Of a DNA stretch of 64,000 nucleotides, positions 11,795 through 24,946 are shown in pieces. The DNA comes from Calcarisporiella thermophila CBS 279.70 (lineage: Eukaryota; Fungi; Calcarisporiellomycota). The notes below the pieces were generated by a model. The model saw nothing but the letters and a program-made list of their open reading frames with translations. It made no database searches and was not told where the DNA came from. How positions within the stretch are numbered: position 1 is the first letter of the stretch; each line of letters starts with the position of its first letter. The DNA lies in NCBI RefSeq assembly GCF_041956535.1, contig NW_027192197.1, positions 747,264-811,263 of the forward strand. Direction: 5' to 3'. The translations under genes and the position numbers were made by a program.

Positions 11795-14282
11795 TCAGTC
11801 CTCGTCGCTGTAGCTATAGGAGCTCTCCTTCTCCACTACCATGACGCCTTCTTTCGGCACTTCCTCCTTCAATGTGCTCTCTTCGTCGTCGTCATCTTCG
11901 TCGTCGACGCCATCCAGAACATTTAGCGCCTCAAACTCATAGTGATCTCGCTGCCTCTCTGCTTCGATACCATTTTGCCCCGTTAAGCGACGATAGGTGA
12001 GCCAGATGGCAAGCGCCGCCGTCAAAGCGGCGGCCCCCAAGAGCAAATAGGGCACCCATCCGTGATAGCCATATTGATTGGGTGGTGTTTCCTCGCGCAT
12101 CTCATCCAAGTCGGCAATGGCGTTGGACGCGATTGGCCCAGCTCCATCGCTCATTGTTTCTGTTGCAAGTGTTTGTGGAAGCGGCCCTTCTATTGTGGAA
12201 GAGGGGGCTGCAGTATTGTTCGGCTTCGCCTCTCCATAGAAGACAATTCTCCAATCAATAAATCGCCCCCCCGCCTCGGGATTCACCTTGTCCACCACCC
12301 GTAGGGTCCATAAACCGGTGGGCTCTTCCTCCCAGTGCTTCACCGACATAAAGGTCCAATTTTTCAGGCCTTCGTTGCTCAAATCGAAACGCCGCCGCGC
12401 CGCCAGCTGAGATGTAACATTGTGAGGACTCATCAGGTATATCTCCACGTCGCCTCGCCGCTCGTGGTCCATGTTCACGGTGACAGTGACGTGCTCAACG
12501 CGTTTCAAGTCCGCAACAGAGTCCTCGGTGACTCGCATGACGCTATACAGTCCCGTCTCGTCCTGTGGAATCTCGGTGTCCACTCTGACAATCGGCATCT
12601 TCACTCTGAGTTGGGGGCCAACTTTCACATGGTTTCGCGCGGCTTCCACAATGCGGTAAGCATCCAGTTTTCCATAGCCATACTTGTGATTGAAGGCGCG
12701 GCCCGCAGAGGTCTCTTGCCAGTCGTCGTCGTCAAGCGAGACTGGAATCGCGGTTTGAACACAGAGGTGCTGCATATCTCGCCAGGTGAGATCCGGGCGC
12801 ACGGACAGGACCAAGGCGAAGATGCCGGCGGCGATGGGGGCGGCCGCAGAGGTGCCTCCATGTCGGGCGGTGCAAGTTTCGTGGGAAATTTTGACAACAT
12901 CAGTGGTATACTAATCACATAGAGCAAATATACAATAAAGACGTTAACATTAGGCTGAGGAGAGAAAAGGAGTTGAAGGTCGCTTTTACAATGTAGCTGC
13001 CAATCCCGCTGCTGTAAGTAACTGCCAGCTGTGCAGAGCATCTTTCCGAATAATAAGGGTGCATGTTCATTCGGTCGATGGCCCCAATAGTAATGGTATA
13101 AATACTGTTCGTGTACCCGTCGAAGTTACAATTGTCGTCAAATCCTCCGCCGTTCCCCGACGCAAACACATAGATCGAGCCCAATCCCCCGCGGCCCTTT
13201 TCAATCCCCTGCAGAATGGCCTTCTTCACCAGGCCCTCTGGTGCTTCCACGGCTCGCCCATTGTCTGGAGGACCCCAGCTACAAGAATAGATATGGTTGT
13301 CCTGGTAGCCATAGTTGAGGGCGGTGGCTTCGTCGGCTTCGGTTATCTCCGAGGAGAGAATGCGGATCCCAGAGACCTTCGCCTCATATGCCACGCCAAC
13401 CCCGCAAATATCATTCTTGACTGCCGCTATCTCGCCGGCACATCGGGTTCCGTGGGTATCTTCGAAGAGTTGCGGGCGGGGGATGGCCGTATGATCATTA
13501 AAGTCGTAGGAACCAGAAGCGAACTTGATTCCAGAAAAATGCCCAAGATTAGTAGAAAGAAGACAGAGTAGTTTAGCAGGTCCGCTCAAGTCCTATGCTT
13601 ACAAAATTTGCTTTGAGATCCTCACTGTCAACGTCCAGCCCATCGTCCACAATAGCAACTACTACACCCTTTCCAAGCACCCCTTCTCGCCATACACCCG
13701 TTACATTAATGTCGTTTCCTGGATCTGCATCGTTAAACTAAAAGGAAAGAGTATATGTTATTACTTTTGAGAGCTCCCTGTGCTGGCCAGCACGTTTACC
13801 AAGTGCCATTGATAGGAAAATCCTGGGTCTGAAATATCAAGCTCTTTTATGATTCCCATTAATCCGCCCTGCTTGTCTCCAGGTTTTTTGCGCTTCTCAG
13901 CCACTTCTCCTCTCGATGTCCACACTGGTTGCCTTTTCACCAGCCGTTTTGGCTTTTGCTCCTTAATCCACTTTATACCCTCTACCACTACTCTATCCTC
14001 CTGAGTTAAATCCCTTTTCCGTAATTGGTGAAGTGAGGTATAGATATCGGGCACTCCCTTGACAGCACTAAAGAGGTGATGCTGTGGAAGCTGTCCTATA
14101 GGGCCTTCCCATCGTGCCTGTAACACGCGGCCCACATCTGCTGGAGTGACGGGTGATGAAGCGTCAAATTCAATGGCATAATATATGCGAGAGACATAGT
14201 CGCGTTTGTGTAAATGAACGGCGAAGGAGAGACACACAAGCACCAACCAAGTAATTAGGCTTATTATGGATACTAATAACAT
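11795..14282 (-). CDS. KEX2: Kexin (S8B proprotein convertase), copy 2, about 4 exons
   Basis: Signal peptide MLLVSIISLITWLVLVCLSFA, RLVKR prodomain site, AIVDDG, HGTRCAGE, ASGNGG, HGGTSAAAP, P domain, TM helix, YEF plus acidic tail. Confidence 0.95.
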
Positions 14283-15601
14283 AATGATGCAAAAATGATT
14301 AAAAAAAATGAATGTGAGGATGAAGATCCCAATTGAATGTATCGACAAAGGGAGTAGAACACCAAATCATTAGTTACATCTAATTCATTATTCCTAATGC
14401 AGAAGTGGGTGACGTAAATTATCAAGTTAGTAAGTAAAAATACCCTCAATAATTCAAGCACCCACCAGCTTTTTTCACTGTCACCCAGACCCATAGGAAT
14501 CAAACCACATTAGTCATAGGCAGAGAATAAACTCGACCGAACCAACGTAATTCAGCCCCCCAGTAACTGGTATAATTTTTCATGATATCCTGGTAAGCTC
14601 ATGGAAAATAAAGCATACAGTCGGGGAGTTGAGAGAAACCGTTCCCAACCTTGTCAACCGCGCCGAGCTTCTCGGATATGCTTCCAAGATTAAGCTAGGA
14701 GTTTTGCAGTCTCCCAAGGTTATTTTGAATAGGGCATGTTGACATCTGCACCACTTCGAGGAGATATCTGCAGGTGGACAAACCATTTAATAATTTTGAA
14801 TGTAACTTTGTTAAAAACCAATATGATACCTTATAATAACATATTAGAATTGTAAGTTCAACCTTTTATTAATGCACCATTGCGCTTCAAATTATTTAGA
14901 CGAGATAAAATAATTTTTCTGATATTATCTTTACCAATTTATTCATTTTGCTCTTTTGAATTATATAAAGATGCCTAAATATTTATATTCCGGTAAAAAA
15001 TAAAAAGTGGTAAAATATAAGATGCAGAAAAGGTAGCTGAGGTAATCGGGAAATTGACGTAAAAAAACGATTCGGAGTAAGAAAGGTAAAAAAAAAGAAA
15101 TTACTCTTTCATTTCAATACCAGCGCCACACTGACAGCTTCTTATATCGCTACTCACCTGCTTCGAAACAGCTTAATATCCCGCCTTTTTCGCGCCCTTA
15201 CCCATTCGGCCCCTATGGCCTCGATCTCTAATTTGGCAAGATGATGAGAGACTCGGATGATGCTTAAGTGTTATCGAAGTAGTAAGCAATGTGGTCCGGG
15301 TGTATAGGCTACGGTACCGACAATGCTTGACATGAGAGTTTGAAATACAGCCAACACTGTTTTAAATAGGAGAGTAAGATGAGTAAAAGCATTAAAGTAC
15401 GGAATGTATAAATAAATTGCTTGATGGAATGGTGTTACCATATTGTTTGTTTGTTGTTTATAGTGGCTTCAAAAGTTACTCAAAAGTTTTAAAACTAGTT
15501 CAAACATTTTCAAACTTCCTGTGAAATTGTTTTTTTTTTTCTTTTTATATAAAAGTCATCGCGAAGTGCTTGACTTGCCCTTGCAATTGGACCGTATCCC
15601 C

Positions 15602-17440
15602 ATGTTTACTGGTAAGTTTAATTCAATTGGAACCAAAAAAATTGGGTGAACACCTTGGATGCCTAAAATCCTATGTATCAAAACTAATCCTAAATAACTC
15701 GGTGTAGAAACAAGTGTAGAATTTAGTGCCGAGTACCCGGCTGCTGCGCGCAAATTCAACAAGCTAGCCGAACTCTTTGATAGCCAAGGGCAATATGAAC
15801 AGGCTGAATCACTGTATCAGCAAGCGTTGACGATTGTTGAGAAGGAGTTGGGATCAGAGCACCCGGATACTGTGAACACGCTCAGGGTTCTAGCTGAACG
15901 CTATGATAGTCTTGGAAAATATGCAAAAGCTGAACCATTGTTTAAACAAGCACTGGCTCTCAGAGAGAAGGTGTTGGGATCAGAGCACCCGGACATTGTT
16001 TGCATACTTAACAATCTAGCCGGAATTTATAAAAATCAAGGAAAGTATGAAAAAGCTGAGCCGATATGTCAACGAGCGGTGAAAATCGCGGAGAAGAAGT
16101 TGGGATCAGAGCACCCGGAAACTGCGGGCGCACTCAACACACTAGCCGCACTTTATAAAAATCAAGGAAAACTTGCACAAGCTGAGCCCCTGTATAAACG
16201 AGCGCTGGCGATCGTTGAAAAGTCGTTGGGATCAGACCACCTGTTTGCTTCGTACACACTTAACAACCTAGCTGCACTTTATAGGTGTCAAGGAAAATAT
16301 GGGCAATCTGAGCCACTGTATAAGCGAGCACTGGCGATCTCTGAGAAGGAGTTGGGAACAGGGCACCCGGATACTATGAGCGCACTTAGTAACCTAGCCG
16401 CACTCTATAATATTCAAGGAAAATATGAACAGGCTGAACCGCTGTTTAAACGAGTGCTGAAAATTAGAGAGAAGGTGTTAGGGCCAACGCACCCGGATGT
16501 TGCAAGTTCACTTAACAACCTGGCTGCACTTTATAGAAACCAAGGAAAATATAAACAAGCTGAACCGCTGTATAAACAAGCGCTGGCGATGTTTGAGAAG
16601 ATGTTGGGTCCTGACCACCCGGAAACTGCGGGTATGCTCAACAATCTAGCCACACTCTATGAAAGTCAAGGAAAATTGGCACAAGCTGAACCGCTGTTTA
16701 AACGAGCGCTGGCAATTAGAGAGAAGGCTTTGGGGCCAATGCACCCGGAACTTGCAACCACACTTAGCAGTCTGGCCGCACTTTATAAAGAGCAAGAAAA
16801 ATATGATCAGGCCGAACCACTGTGTCTACGGGCGCAGACGATCGTTGAGAAGAAGTTGGGGCCAGAGCACCCGGATACTGCGAGCACGATTAACATCCTA
16901 GCTGGAATCTATGAGAGTCAAGGAAAGTACGATAAAGCCGAACCGCTCTGTCGACGAGCGCTGAATATGGTTGAGAAGGGATTGGGGTCAGACCACCCGT
17001 TTTTTGTGGGCGGACTCAACAATTTAGCCTCAATCTATGATAAGCAAGGAAAATATGAACAAGCTGAATTGCTGTATAAACGAGCACTAACGATCGTTGA
17101 GAGGAAATTGACACCAAAGCACCCGTATACTCTAACCACACTCGACAATATATCCGAATTCTATGGTAATCAAGGAAAATATGAACAAGCTGAACCGCTG
17201 TATAAGCAAGCGCTGACGAACGCTGAGAAGGTGTTGGGACCAGAACACCCAGATACAATGAGAATACTTACCAACCTAGCCGCACTCTGTGGTAATCAAG
17301 GAAAATATGAGCAGGCTAAACCACTGTATGAACGAGCGCTGAAAATTAAAGAGAAGGTATTGGGATCAGAGCACCCGGATACCGTGACCACGCGTAACTG
17401 TCTAGTCGTAATCCAGTGTGTTCTACAGCAAAAGCCGTAG
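15602..17440 (+). CDS. TPR-only protein: 13 kinesin-light-chain-type (TPR_10/12) 42-aa repeats; exon 1 15602-15611, exon 2 15708-17440
   Basis: Repeated LGxEHPDTAxxLNNLAxLYxxQGKYxQAEPLYxRALxIxEK at a 126-bp period. ATGTTTACTG|GTAAGT...CTAAT...TGTAG gives an in-frame Met start. Confidence 0.88.
15720..17400 (+). repeat. 126-bp coding tandem repeat (TPR array)
   Basis: Recurrent GTTGGGATCAGAGCACCCGGA and CAAGGAAAATATGA motifs at 126-nt spacing. Confidence 0.9.
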
Positions 17441-17994
17441 TAGCCTACTTCAAAAGGGACCTCTAATTGTTATTCCGAATATATTTTGGTGATAATGGAA
17501 TTTTCCATCATGACCTAAATTTTTTTTTTTCATACTTGTTGATGCTATCTTTCACAACACATCACACGCTACTATTTTTTTTTTCCTTATATTGCTTGCA
17601 TTTAATAGTCCCATTCATGTATATCAATACCAAAAAAAAATGGAGTTTCTGTGTGTCATAATTGCAATATAATGCACTTTTAAGGGTTCATAGGGTCATC
17701 TCGTTTCCAATAGTAAAATTCATAGTTTCATTCAGCCCATCATTTTCTTGTAGTTCATTGATTTTTCTGTCGAAAATTAAGGGATGAGATGGGGAGAGAA
17801 AATTATAAATAAGACAAATGTATGGCCCCAATAATTTTTGGTTTAAATTGAATACACTTTAATTGATAATTATTTCAATAGTGGCTTGCAATAGTGCCTT
17901 AGTATAATGGTTCAGCTGGCATTTCTTTGCGCTCCAGACTACTCTCACAAGTTGTTGCCTTAAATAAGGCTAAGTCAGCTCACTGCTGGATCCT

Positions 17995-19580
17995 TCAAAT
18001 ATCATTCATAGCCACTAGGAATGTTTTAGGGGTTTCAGTTTGACTACCAATGATCAGTTTTTGACTCCACTGGCTGTCCAGCAGAAGTGGATGACATGAA
18101 AGAATTCCTTGCTTTTGTGTTGAAATCTCTGCTTTTGTTGCCTTTGCTGTTGCGTCAGCTTCATTCAGCACCGCAAGTACCACCCGACCTCCCATCTGCT
18201 GCAGTTCTCCAGCAAAATCCAAGTCCTGTTCACATATCGCTATTGACAGCATAATGGTAAGACAAGGCTGTTGATATTGATTAGAACGACACCACGGCTT
18301 TTCTAAGGCATGAAGCCAAGGGGCAATATCATTTGATAACGGCAGCGACTCAGAGATTGTGAATTCTTGCACGCGGTGAGCTGCATCTTGACGTGACATT
18401 GGCCACTTTACCAATGCACCAGCCCCTATGGCCAACATCATTTTCTCCGAAAAGTTGAGTTGAGACCTCAGGTTTGCCGAGATTACCTTTACAGTGTCAC
18501 TATCACCGCTTCGTATGCAACGTTGGAGTCATTCCACTGCCGCAAACAGTCCTCTATTAACATCAGGATTAGCTATAGTACCATCAGGACTAGTTATCAT
18601 GCTCTTGGGACTAAGCAGGACATTAGAGCCTTTCACAATGAATCCGCCTGCTTGAAGTTCAAATTGAAAGCTTTCTCGCTTCACTCTCCAATGCACTGTG
18701 CATCCACATGCTCTAATGCGCAATTGCACACCGCCTTCTGGAGTACGGCTATGATGAAGTTCTAATGGTATTAAGGAATTTGTTCGGATTGCGATTTGCT
18801 CCAATGCATGAAACAGCTGAAAAATCCTACCAAATCTTATTCTGCAAAGAAATGGGGTCCCACTCGCCCCTATTGCCGTGCTCAGAATAGCATCCACTGC
18901 AGTGTAGGGAAGTAAACATCCAAGCCTGTCAACCATAATGTATGCGTGGATGCATTCGCCTGGAGTGCAGGGATAAGTGCATGTTTTAATATCACTCTCA
19001 ATGATGGCGTCGACTAATGCCCACACCAGTTGTTTAGCAATCCACCTATGTCCAGCTACTACACATTCCCGAGCACCATTTTTTTGCAGTCTGGCAACCA
19101 GCCATCCTAATGGGACTTCTAGGCAAAACGATGTAAGCCATCCAACCAATGCCAATAGTACGCTTCTACTCTTCATCGTTGTAAAAAAAAAAACAAAATT
19201 TGAGATAACCCATGTACACCCGATTACCACAGACAGCAATGCATGCGCAGTGGTAGGAAGATTCTTTTCTCTTCGATCATTCCTACCTTTCCCAAGTCTA
19301 TCCCACAAGACATCAATATCTTCTGGTGTGAGCATTGTAAACTGAGACCCAAACCAATTCATCAGCTGTACATTCGCCTCACCCCCGTGGCCAAGACAGC
19401 AAGGCATTACCTGTGTTCTCCTATTTCCAATGCCTTGACTTGTGAGAGCTAGCTTAATTCCATATTCGGCTAAATCATGTTGACTTAAGAAATTCTCTCT
19501 GTGACTCAGCCGCCCAGATGAATCCTCCAATGGCAAGAACAAGAGCTGCAAGATCCACTTGCCCAAGGATGTCAGTCATC
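17995..19580 (-). pseudogene. Frameshifted gene of unknown family with a hydrophobic N-terminus
   Basis: A plausible start MTDILGQVDLAALVLAIGGFIWAAESQR shifts frame into the long ORF 18529-19566. After its TGA another ORF (17995-18441) follows in a different frame. Confidence 0.4.
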
Positions 19581-20214
19581 GCAAGTAATCTTTTAGACAA
19601 GGCATATATGCCTAAAAAATTAGAGTAAGCCTGGAATACTCGCCATAGTCCTCAGAGGAGGCTGTGTGTGATGATGAATGTTGGGTCGACAGAAATATGG
19701 TTTAATCTTGTGAATAGTGCTATCACAACTTTCGGTTGCACTACACATATTACACGATGGAGAAATTACTGTAGTTCGTTAATCGATTGCATTTTACAAT
19801 ACTTGAATCAAAATGCTCGAAATATGGCCCACACCAGTTAGAAAGTATGTTTAAAAATATTCAATATAGTATATGGATATATTGATAAATAGATTGGAGA
19901 ACGGAGGATTTAGTATGTTAGTTGCCCAAAATGGCTGTATGAGGCTTCCAATAAATAAGCTTTTCTTTGCCACACTCTTGTCGTGAAACGTGAAAATTAT
20001 TCTCCTCTCCTCTCTTTAGTTCATCGCGAAGTTCTCGAGCCATTCTTGCACTTGAGCGAAATTACTCTACGTTTTTTTGGGAGGAGGCTCTTTAATAAAG
20101 AGTATCATTTTCAATATCTAAACGATATTACTATATTGCCTCAATATATGGTGGTCATTTTAAATTGGATGGAGCTAAATCAGTCGGCAAGTAATCTGTA
20201 TAGTCTACCTTCAA

Positions 20215-22390
20215 CATGACTTCACCACGTATTGCTAATTTGATTAAAAGATTCACGCAAAACCTACAATGCTAATGTGATCTCATCAAAGAATGCCAGA
20301 AAAAAATTCTATGGTGTTCCATTGAAAAATAATGCTTTTGTTGAGCGCCCCATTATAATCAACAAAATTGGTGCAGCTCTTGAGAGAGAAGGTTCAAGCA
20401 ACGAATGTAAAATCGTTGCGTTAAAGGGACTCGGTGGAATGGGGAAAACGCAGTTGATGCTCAGATATTGCTATACTCCGCATAAGCGATATGACTATGT
20501 GTTCTGGCTCAATGTCGATGGCTGGTCGATGGCTGGTCGATGGCTGTCAGCTCCTTCCGTAAATTGGCAACTGAGCTTGGCATCATAAAAGCAAATATGG
20601 ACGAGAAAGCAACAGAAGAGCACATCTTTGAATGGGTTCGAAACTTGTTAGAAATCAATTCGAATTGGCTACTCTTACTGGACAATGTGGATATCGAAGT
20701 ATCTGAGAAAATATATGGGTTATTGCCTCGGGAAGGCGGAGATATCATCATAACCACACAAGAGCCAATCCAAGAATACTATGCGACGGTAATTGACGTG
20801 GGCAAAATGGAAGAGGAAGAGGCTCTCTTTCTGCTATTGAGACAAGATGCGAATTCGATCAACCGGGATAGTCTACGATTTCACCACGCCTGCAGCGTGA
20901 TCCACGAGCTCGACTACATACCCTTTACGGTAGGGCTTGCGCGTGGTTATATCAAGAGCCGCGGATGTACTCTTCAAAGCTATCTTAAAATGCTACAAGA
21001 GTGCAAGGAAGCTTTGTTCGTATTTAATGATAAAAGCGGCCCAAACAGATATCACTGCACAGTGAAATCTGTTTGGACAGTTTCTTTTGAGAGTATTCAA
21101 TTGTTGAATCCGACCACTGTGGGGATTTTACAAGCTTGTGCATTTCTACATCCAGATGAAATATCTTCTTATCTTTTTGTGCATTACTGTTCAAACTTCG
21201 ATAGTGAATCGGCTCCATAAAATATATCATCTGAAGGACTGGAGGATGATGACTTATGAGATGAAATTCGATCTGCGCTCTCTGTTCTGATTAATTATTC
21301 ATTTATTTATCTAGCACATGACGAAGCTGGAGATGAATACGATATATTAAATACTACTTTACGGACCCATCGGCTTGTTCAGAATGTGGTATATGGCACA
21401 ATTTCCAACGGGGAAATGTTAAAATGTGCCCAGAATATAATCAAAGCGCTCGATTGTGAAACGACATATTGGTGCATAAATAACCAATTTGATCCTTGCG
21501 CACGATTTTATATGAATGCCTATATTCAACACATTCACTATTTTGTTGCAATACTTGAGGATATGAACACTGAACAAATTAAGTCAGAGCAGCTGACTGA
21601 GTAAACTGCTTAATCGGATAGTCAATTATTTACTGGATAATTGGATGGTAAATGGTACAGAGAAACTAGCACACTTCTCCTATGATATTAGCGAAAAGTA
21701 TTGGGGTCAATGCACTTGTGTACAGCGAACGCACTTAATAATTTAGCTAAACTCTATGGAAGGCAAGGTAAACGTGATCAAGCTGAACAACTATTTCAGC
21801 GAGCACTGGCAATCGTTGAGAGAGGGTTGGGATCTGAGCACCCGGATACTGCGAATACACTTAGCGAGCTAGCTAAACACTATAGATATCAGGGAAAATA
21901 TGAACTAGCTGAAACCTTTGTTTCAACGAGCGCTGACAATCGTTGAGAAAGTATTTGGATCTGAGCATCCGAATACTGCAAACAAACTTACCGATCTGGC
22001 CGTACACTATCAGAGACAGGGAAAGAATGAGATAGCAGAGCAGCTATATTAACGAGCGCTGACAATATTTGAAAAGATGTTGGGATTTGAGCATCTAGAT
22101 ACCACAATCATACTTGTCAACCTAGCGAGACTCTATGAGAGCCAGGGAAAATGTGAGCAAGCTGAACTTCTGTTTCAACGAGCGTTGACAAAAGCGGAGT
22201 TGTTGGGAACTGACTTGGATATTGGAAACACACTTTATTACCTAGCCGAATTCTATGAGAAACAGGGAAAATATGAGCAAGCTGAACCGCTGCTGAAAAG
22301 AGCCTTGGAATTGAAGAGGGAACATGTCCAGAACTGGTCCCCTAACACTAGTCACTCTTAATAAATTAGTTTTCTGCTTAATTTAGAAAA
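20215..22390 (+). pseudogene. NB-ARC + TPR NLR-like pseudogene with a very short N-terminus
   Basis: P-loop GLGGMGKTQL, YDYVFWL, Walker B WLLLLDNVD, IIITT, ACAFLHPDEI, THRLVQ, then TPRs. Several frameshifts and stops; a MULE is inserted in the last codons. Confidence 0.9.
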
Positions 22391-24946
22391 GGGTAATTCT
22401 ATTTGTACCCGGGTATAACTATTAATTACCGCTAAGTTGGTTAATTACTGCTAAGTTGGTTAATTAATTTTCTTGAATATTTAATCGTCAAATTCCAAGA
22501 TACACGCTACATGTTATTAACTCTCAGTAAATCAACCAAAAATTGAACTTAATAGTATATGATGTGTATCAATAACATCTGCCACATTTCTTACTTTTAT
22601 TCATTTATTATCAATAATATTATTTTTACATACATTAATTCCGACTAGGACAATTACGTAGGTCATGGCCAGTCTGCTTACATCCACGGCAAAGACGCAT
22701 CTTTACCTCATGCTGAGACTTCAGGCGTTTATTGGATTTAGGTCTACCTTTTGTCACGACTTCTTGTGGGTCGGCTATGCTAGCGATCGGCCCGGAGAAC
22801 CATATGGCCCAGCCGTAATAATTACCGGCTCCGAACGAGCAATAAATGAATTAAGTTCCTGTTTAGCCCTTTCAACAGGAAGATGCTGAACAAGCTGTTG
22901 AGCAGTTGATATAGCACGAGTAACCAAATTGAACAACACATCGTCGTCCACACATTTTGGAAATCCCATTTTAGCAATTTCCCAAGATTCCAGAGATTTA
23001 GAGGATTGCTGCTCAAAATTTGACGGCTCAGTGCTTTCCAATATGGTGGATCTGTGCGGTGTTATGAACCAGCGCTGTGCTATCTCCGATTCATAGATCA
23101 TATCCTTGCCTTGCTTTTTACGAAAAGTGAAGAGATGGGCATACGGGAGAAGATATTGCTTTACTGAGCTGCAGCCGCAGACTGATATATGACTGCTGTG
23201 CGATATTGGATAGTATTTTTCTATATTAAATATGGTGGTTAATTACTATCTTCTCTTGCCTGATATAATGATATAATAACTATCTTTGCCGCAGATCAAA
23301 TATAACCCATCTTTTTCAACAAGATCGAAATTCTCTATACGATGATACTGTTCAATAAGTTTTTCCATCGCGAATTCAGAGATTTTATCTTCCAAGTTGC
23401 CGAATGGGTGTGAGGGATAAAGCTTGTGTCGATTTCTAGCTTGATAAAGACAAAAAGCTCGATGTTTTTCCTGCTCATTAAAAAGTATGTCGAAAGACTC
23501 GAAGAGTTTGCTAAGACTGGCCTGAGTGGTGGTGAAACGCTTGAGAACTGCATGTTGCCCTTCTACACGCTGAGTCGAACACACGCCTAGATTAGTGTAA
23601 TCCGAGACAAATGCCTCTGCACACATTTCACGACGATTATACCAACGTTGAAGATAATCTGCCGTATTGGGGTATGCTTTAATTATCTCATTGTAATGCT
23701 CGTCGAATTCGTTTGGTGTCTGTGAGCTAAACAGCTTAGTAAGCTCTTTTGCAAAGTCTTTGTAGTTCTCAACCTTCCGGCACAAATGCACTTGTATATC
23801 CTTTGTTATATACCATGAACAAAGCTGGTGCTGAGCATGTGGGATAACATTACGGACAGCACTTATGAACGCTGGGTCTGAATCGCTAATCACTGTTCGT
23901 ATACTCTCAGTTGATTCTCTTTTCAAACAAGATATAAGTTGCTGGAGCGCCCACATAAATGCATGGGTAGATTCGCGTTTTAGTAGCGCAATTCCCATCA
24001 AAATCGTTTTGATATTTTCATCTACACCGACTAAAACCAAGCAAGGAAGGTTGAGGTGGTTGGTGCGATAGGTGCTATCAGCAATCGCGACCTCAGGACA
24101 CTTGTCCGCAAGTGAAACATGCGAGTTACGCACCCAAAATATTTTTTGCAGCTTGCCATTTTCCAATACGTATTTGACGGTATATTCGGTTGTATTCTCA
24201 AGCTTGGTCAACAAGGCAGCAATTTCGGACAGCTCACCCCTTTCTCTTCTAGTAATTGTCGCTAAAGCATTATGGAAATCCTTAGCCTGAATGGATTCAA
24301 TTTGGCTACGAACAAGACAAGTTGTGAGAGAAACACTACCTCCAAATTGAACAACATTCTGAGCAAACTGAACTGTTTCAGGGTTGGGTCTACGAAATCT
24401 GCGAGCAAAACGGATATCCTCGGGCTCCAAAGGATGATTATGCTCGATATTACCAGAGGTAACACAATAAGCATTTACGGCTTTTGAAAATCGAAATCGC
24501 AATATGAAAGGACAATCGCATTTCACTGTTGATACGGTTCTCATAGGTATTTCGTTATTCGAACTGTGTTGGCCTGATCGTGAACATGAAATAGTTAGTG
24601 CAGTGAGGAATCCAATAGTAAGATCTGAGCGTTCTACCCTCCATTCAAACCCAATACTAACTACATAATTGTTCATCCATTCAGTTATTTCGTCTCGATC
24701 TTTGAACATTCGGGATTTGAGATCAGAAATGGAGATGATAGTCATTTTTACAAAGGAGAATGGAAAGATTCAAATTATAAAGGTTACGCTCAACTTGAAA
24801 ATAATAAAATTTTAATTTTACGCGCAAGTAATAAAAGTGAATGTGTGACTTGCTGTTAAATAAAATTAAATAATTAACCAATTTAGCAGTAATTAACCAA
24901 CTTAGCGGTAATTAATAGTTATACCCGGGTACAAATAGAATTACCC
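22391..24946 (-). mobile_element. Mutator-like (MULE) DNA transposon with complete ends
   Basis: TIRs of about 75-80 bp (GGGTAATTCTATTTGTACCCGGGTATAACTATTAATTACCGCTAAGTTGG...) and a perfect 9-bp TSD TTTAGAAAA at 22382-22390 and 24947-24955. Confidence 0.95.
22635..24745 (-). pseudogene. MULE transposase (FAR1-like DBD, DDE, SWIM, CCHC knuckle), probably defective
   Basis: ADSTYRTN, ISDSD and TQRVEGQH catalytic motifs. CSWY replaces CxWH and SWIM reads CGC..LPYAH. Terminal KGRPK..CRGCKQTGHDLRNC lies out of frame. Confidence 0.85.

Noticed and set aside
14580-14790. Ankyrin-like fragment (CRYLLE/SGADVN across a frameshift, minus strand)
   Set aside because: Too short and interrupted to support a call.
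15720-17400. CRISPR-like or non-coding repeat array
   Set aside because: The 126-bp period is fully explained by in-frame 42-aa TPR coding repeats.
18529-18531. TGA readthrough or selenocysteine in the unknown gene
   Set aside because: No redox motif or recognisable SECIS; the gene has other lesions consistent with pseudogenisation.
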